The translations under genes and the position numbers were made by a program. This document shows, one piece after another, positions 63,101 through 64,000 of a stretch of 64,000 nt of DNA (position 1 is its first letter; the number at the start of each line of letters is the position of its first letter). The notes beneath the pieces were generated by a model. The model did no database searches and was not told the DNA's origin. It worked only from the letters and a program-made list of their open reading frames with translations. The stretch comes from Thermoanaerobaculia bacterium (GTDB lineage Bacteria > Acidobacteriota > Thermoanaerobaculia > Multivoradales > UBA5704). The stretch is from positions 11,809 through 75,808 of the forward strand of contig JBBSBW010000025.1 of assembly GCA_038250865.1 (NCBI GenBank), given 5' to 3'.

Positions 63101-63298
63101 ATGTGGACGTTCCTGGCCTGGTTGATCCTCTTCTTGCTCTGCTGGCCGCTCGCGCTGCTGGCTTTGGTGCTTTATCCGTTGGTGTGGCTGATCTCACTGC
63201 CGTTCCGGATTCTGGGCGTCACCCTGGAGGCGGTCTTCGAACTCCTCCGCGCGATTCTCTTCCTACCCGCCAGGGTTCTAGGGGCACGACGGGCTTAG
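63101..63298 (+). CDS. Small hydrophobic membrane peptide (65 aa)
   Basis: GGAGGG RBS. MWTFLAWLILFLLCWPLALLALVLYPLVWLISLPFRILG... Confidence 0.45.
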   Translation: MWTFLAWLILFLLCWPLALLALVLYPLVWLISLPFRILGVTLEAVFELLRAILFLPARVLGARRA

Positions 63299-63360
63299 CG
63301 CTTGCCGGTTCCGAAGCGGAAGAGTTGTTGCGTTCCAAACCGCCTCTTAAGCTGCGAACC

Positions 63361-63756
63361 CTATAGAAGGGTCAGCGCTACGCGCTCGGCGGCGAGAGCG
63401 TTCTGTAGCAGGATGATGGAGGCGAGTGCTTCGCGCTTGATTCCAAGGCCGAGGAAGCCAGTAACTAACTCGTCAATTAGCGGCCGTAGGTCCTGGATGC
63501 GGCCCAGGCGCAAGAGCAGAACGCTATAGTCGAGAGTAACCAGAGCCGCGTGATACTGCATCCCAATAGCAGCGAACGACTGGCGTACGGAAAGATAGTT
63601 GCGTTCCGCAATAGACCAACGTTCCAGGCCGGCGGCTATCTTGGCTTCGATCCAGGCTAACTTTATGCGACTAGTTTCCCCGAAATGACCCTCCAGGTAG
63701 GGTCTTAGCGTTCGCATCATTTCGTCGGCGAATTCAAACCGGCCCAAGTCGACCAT
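63361..63756 (-). CDS. Hypothetical protein
   Basis: 131 aa from MVDLGRFEFADEMMRTLRPYLEGHFGETSRIKLAWIEAKIAAGLERW... Helical. No motif. Confidence 0.4.
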   Translation of the reverse strand: MVDLGRFEFADEMMRTLRPYLEGHFGETSRIKLAWIEAKIAAGLERWSIAERNYLSVRQSFAAIGMQYHAALVTLDYSVLLLRLGRIQDLRPLIDELVTGFLGLGIKREALASIILLQNALAAERVALTLL

Positions 63757-64000
63757 ACGACCCCCCAGAGTCGGGACAAACACACGGCGCTCGATGGGCT
63801 TCTCGTGCGCGCCAAGCAGCTGGACGACGAAGAGGAGCAGTTGCTCGGCCGCCTACGGGAGACCACGGCGCAACGCCGCGAATTGACCGCCGAAGGCTCC
63901 CGCATCCGGCGCGAGCTGGGGGCGGTACTCCAAGCGCATTATGGCTTCGACAACGAGCGGCTGATTCAGTTCGGAATTCGTCCGCAGGCACGCTCCAAGA

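Noticed and set aside
63784-64000. Open plus-strand frame running off the 3' end of the window (...LVRAKQLDDEEEQLLGRLRETTAQRRELTAEG...)
   Set aside because: Looks protein-like, but no start codon or stop is identifiable within the window and no motif can be assigned. Not reported as a feature.

Overview
High-GC (~67-70%) bacterial chromosomal segment, mostly compact coding sequence. Gene content (CarbopepD-regulatory-domain TonB-dependent receptors, a DUF4953-type zinc metalloprotease with glutaminyl cyclase, many ECF/lipoprotein genes) suggests a soil Acidobacteriota-like organism; this is inference only. I can support about 70 protein-coding genes, one tRNA-Leu(TAA), one rho-independent terminator, several tandem-repeat arrays, and a small family of REP-like palindromic elements. 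The main points are: (1) a 7.66 kb integrative element (10469..18126) inserted into the 3' end of tRNA-Leu. It is bounded by a 56-nt imperfect direct repeat of the tRNA 3' end and has shared arm-type repeats inside both ends. It carries a tyrosine integrase, an RHH protein, an AlpA-like HTH protein, an AAA_25/RecA-like replication ATPase, and low-GC cargo genes of unknown function, including a secreted protein with four Cys-containing ~30-aa repeats. (2) A co-directional array 41511->35866: XRE-ImmA/IrrE peptidase, a frameshifted PIN-like (DUF4411-like) gene, ECF sigma, zinc-finger anti-sigma, and an uncharacterised 817-aa Rossmann-type protein, all coupled by 4-nt overlaps. (3) A tightly coupled operon (59841->52525) TetR / TonB receptor / SDR / ANL acyl ligase / alpha-beta hydrolase / KAS-III-like condensing enzyme, followed by an MFS exporter. 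This matches the enzyme-family content of OleABCD / beta-lactone-type biosynthetic cassettes. Next to it are an orphan 50-aa Cys/Ser/Thr-rich peptide gene bracketed by REP-like elements and a degenerate 39-bp x ~12 tandem array. (4) Two type II toxin-antitoxin (TA) pairs: Phd/YefM-VapC, and a fused RHH-DUF433 with a DUF5615 PIN-like toxin. The rest is ordinary housekeeping and accessory metabolism (polyprenyl synthase, YajQ, Hbd, PhoD, OPT transporter, DEAD-box helicase, ABC-2 exporter, L,D-transpeptidase and others). Unusually many genes use GTG/TTG starts embedded in 4-nt stop-start overlaps (GTGA/TTGA/ATGA). All functional calls are from reading motifs in the translated ORFs; no database search was run.
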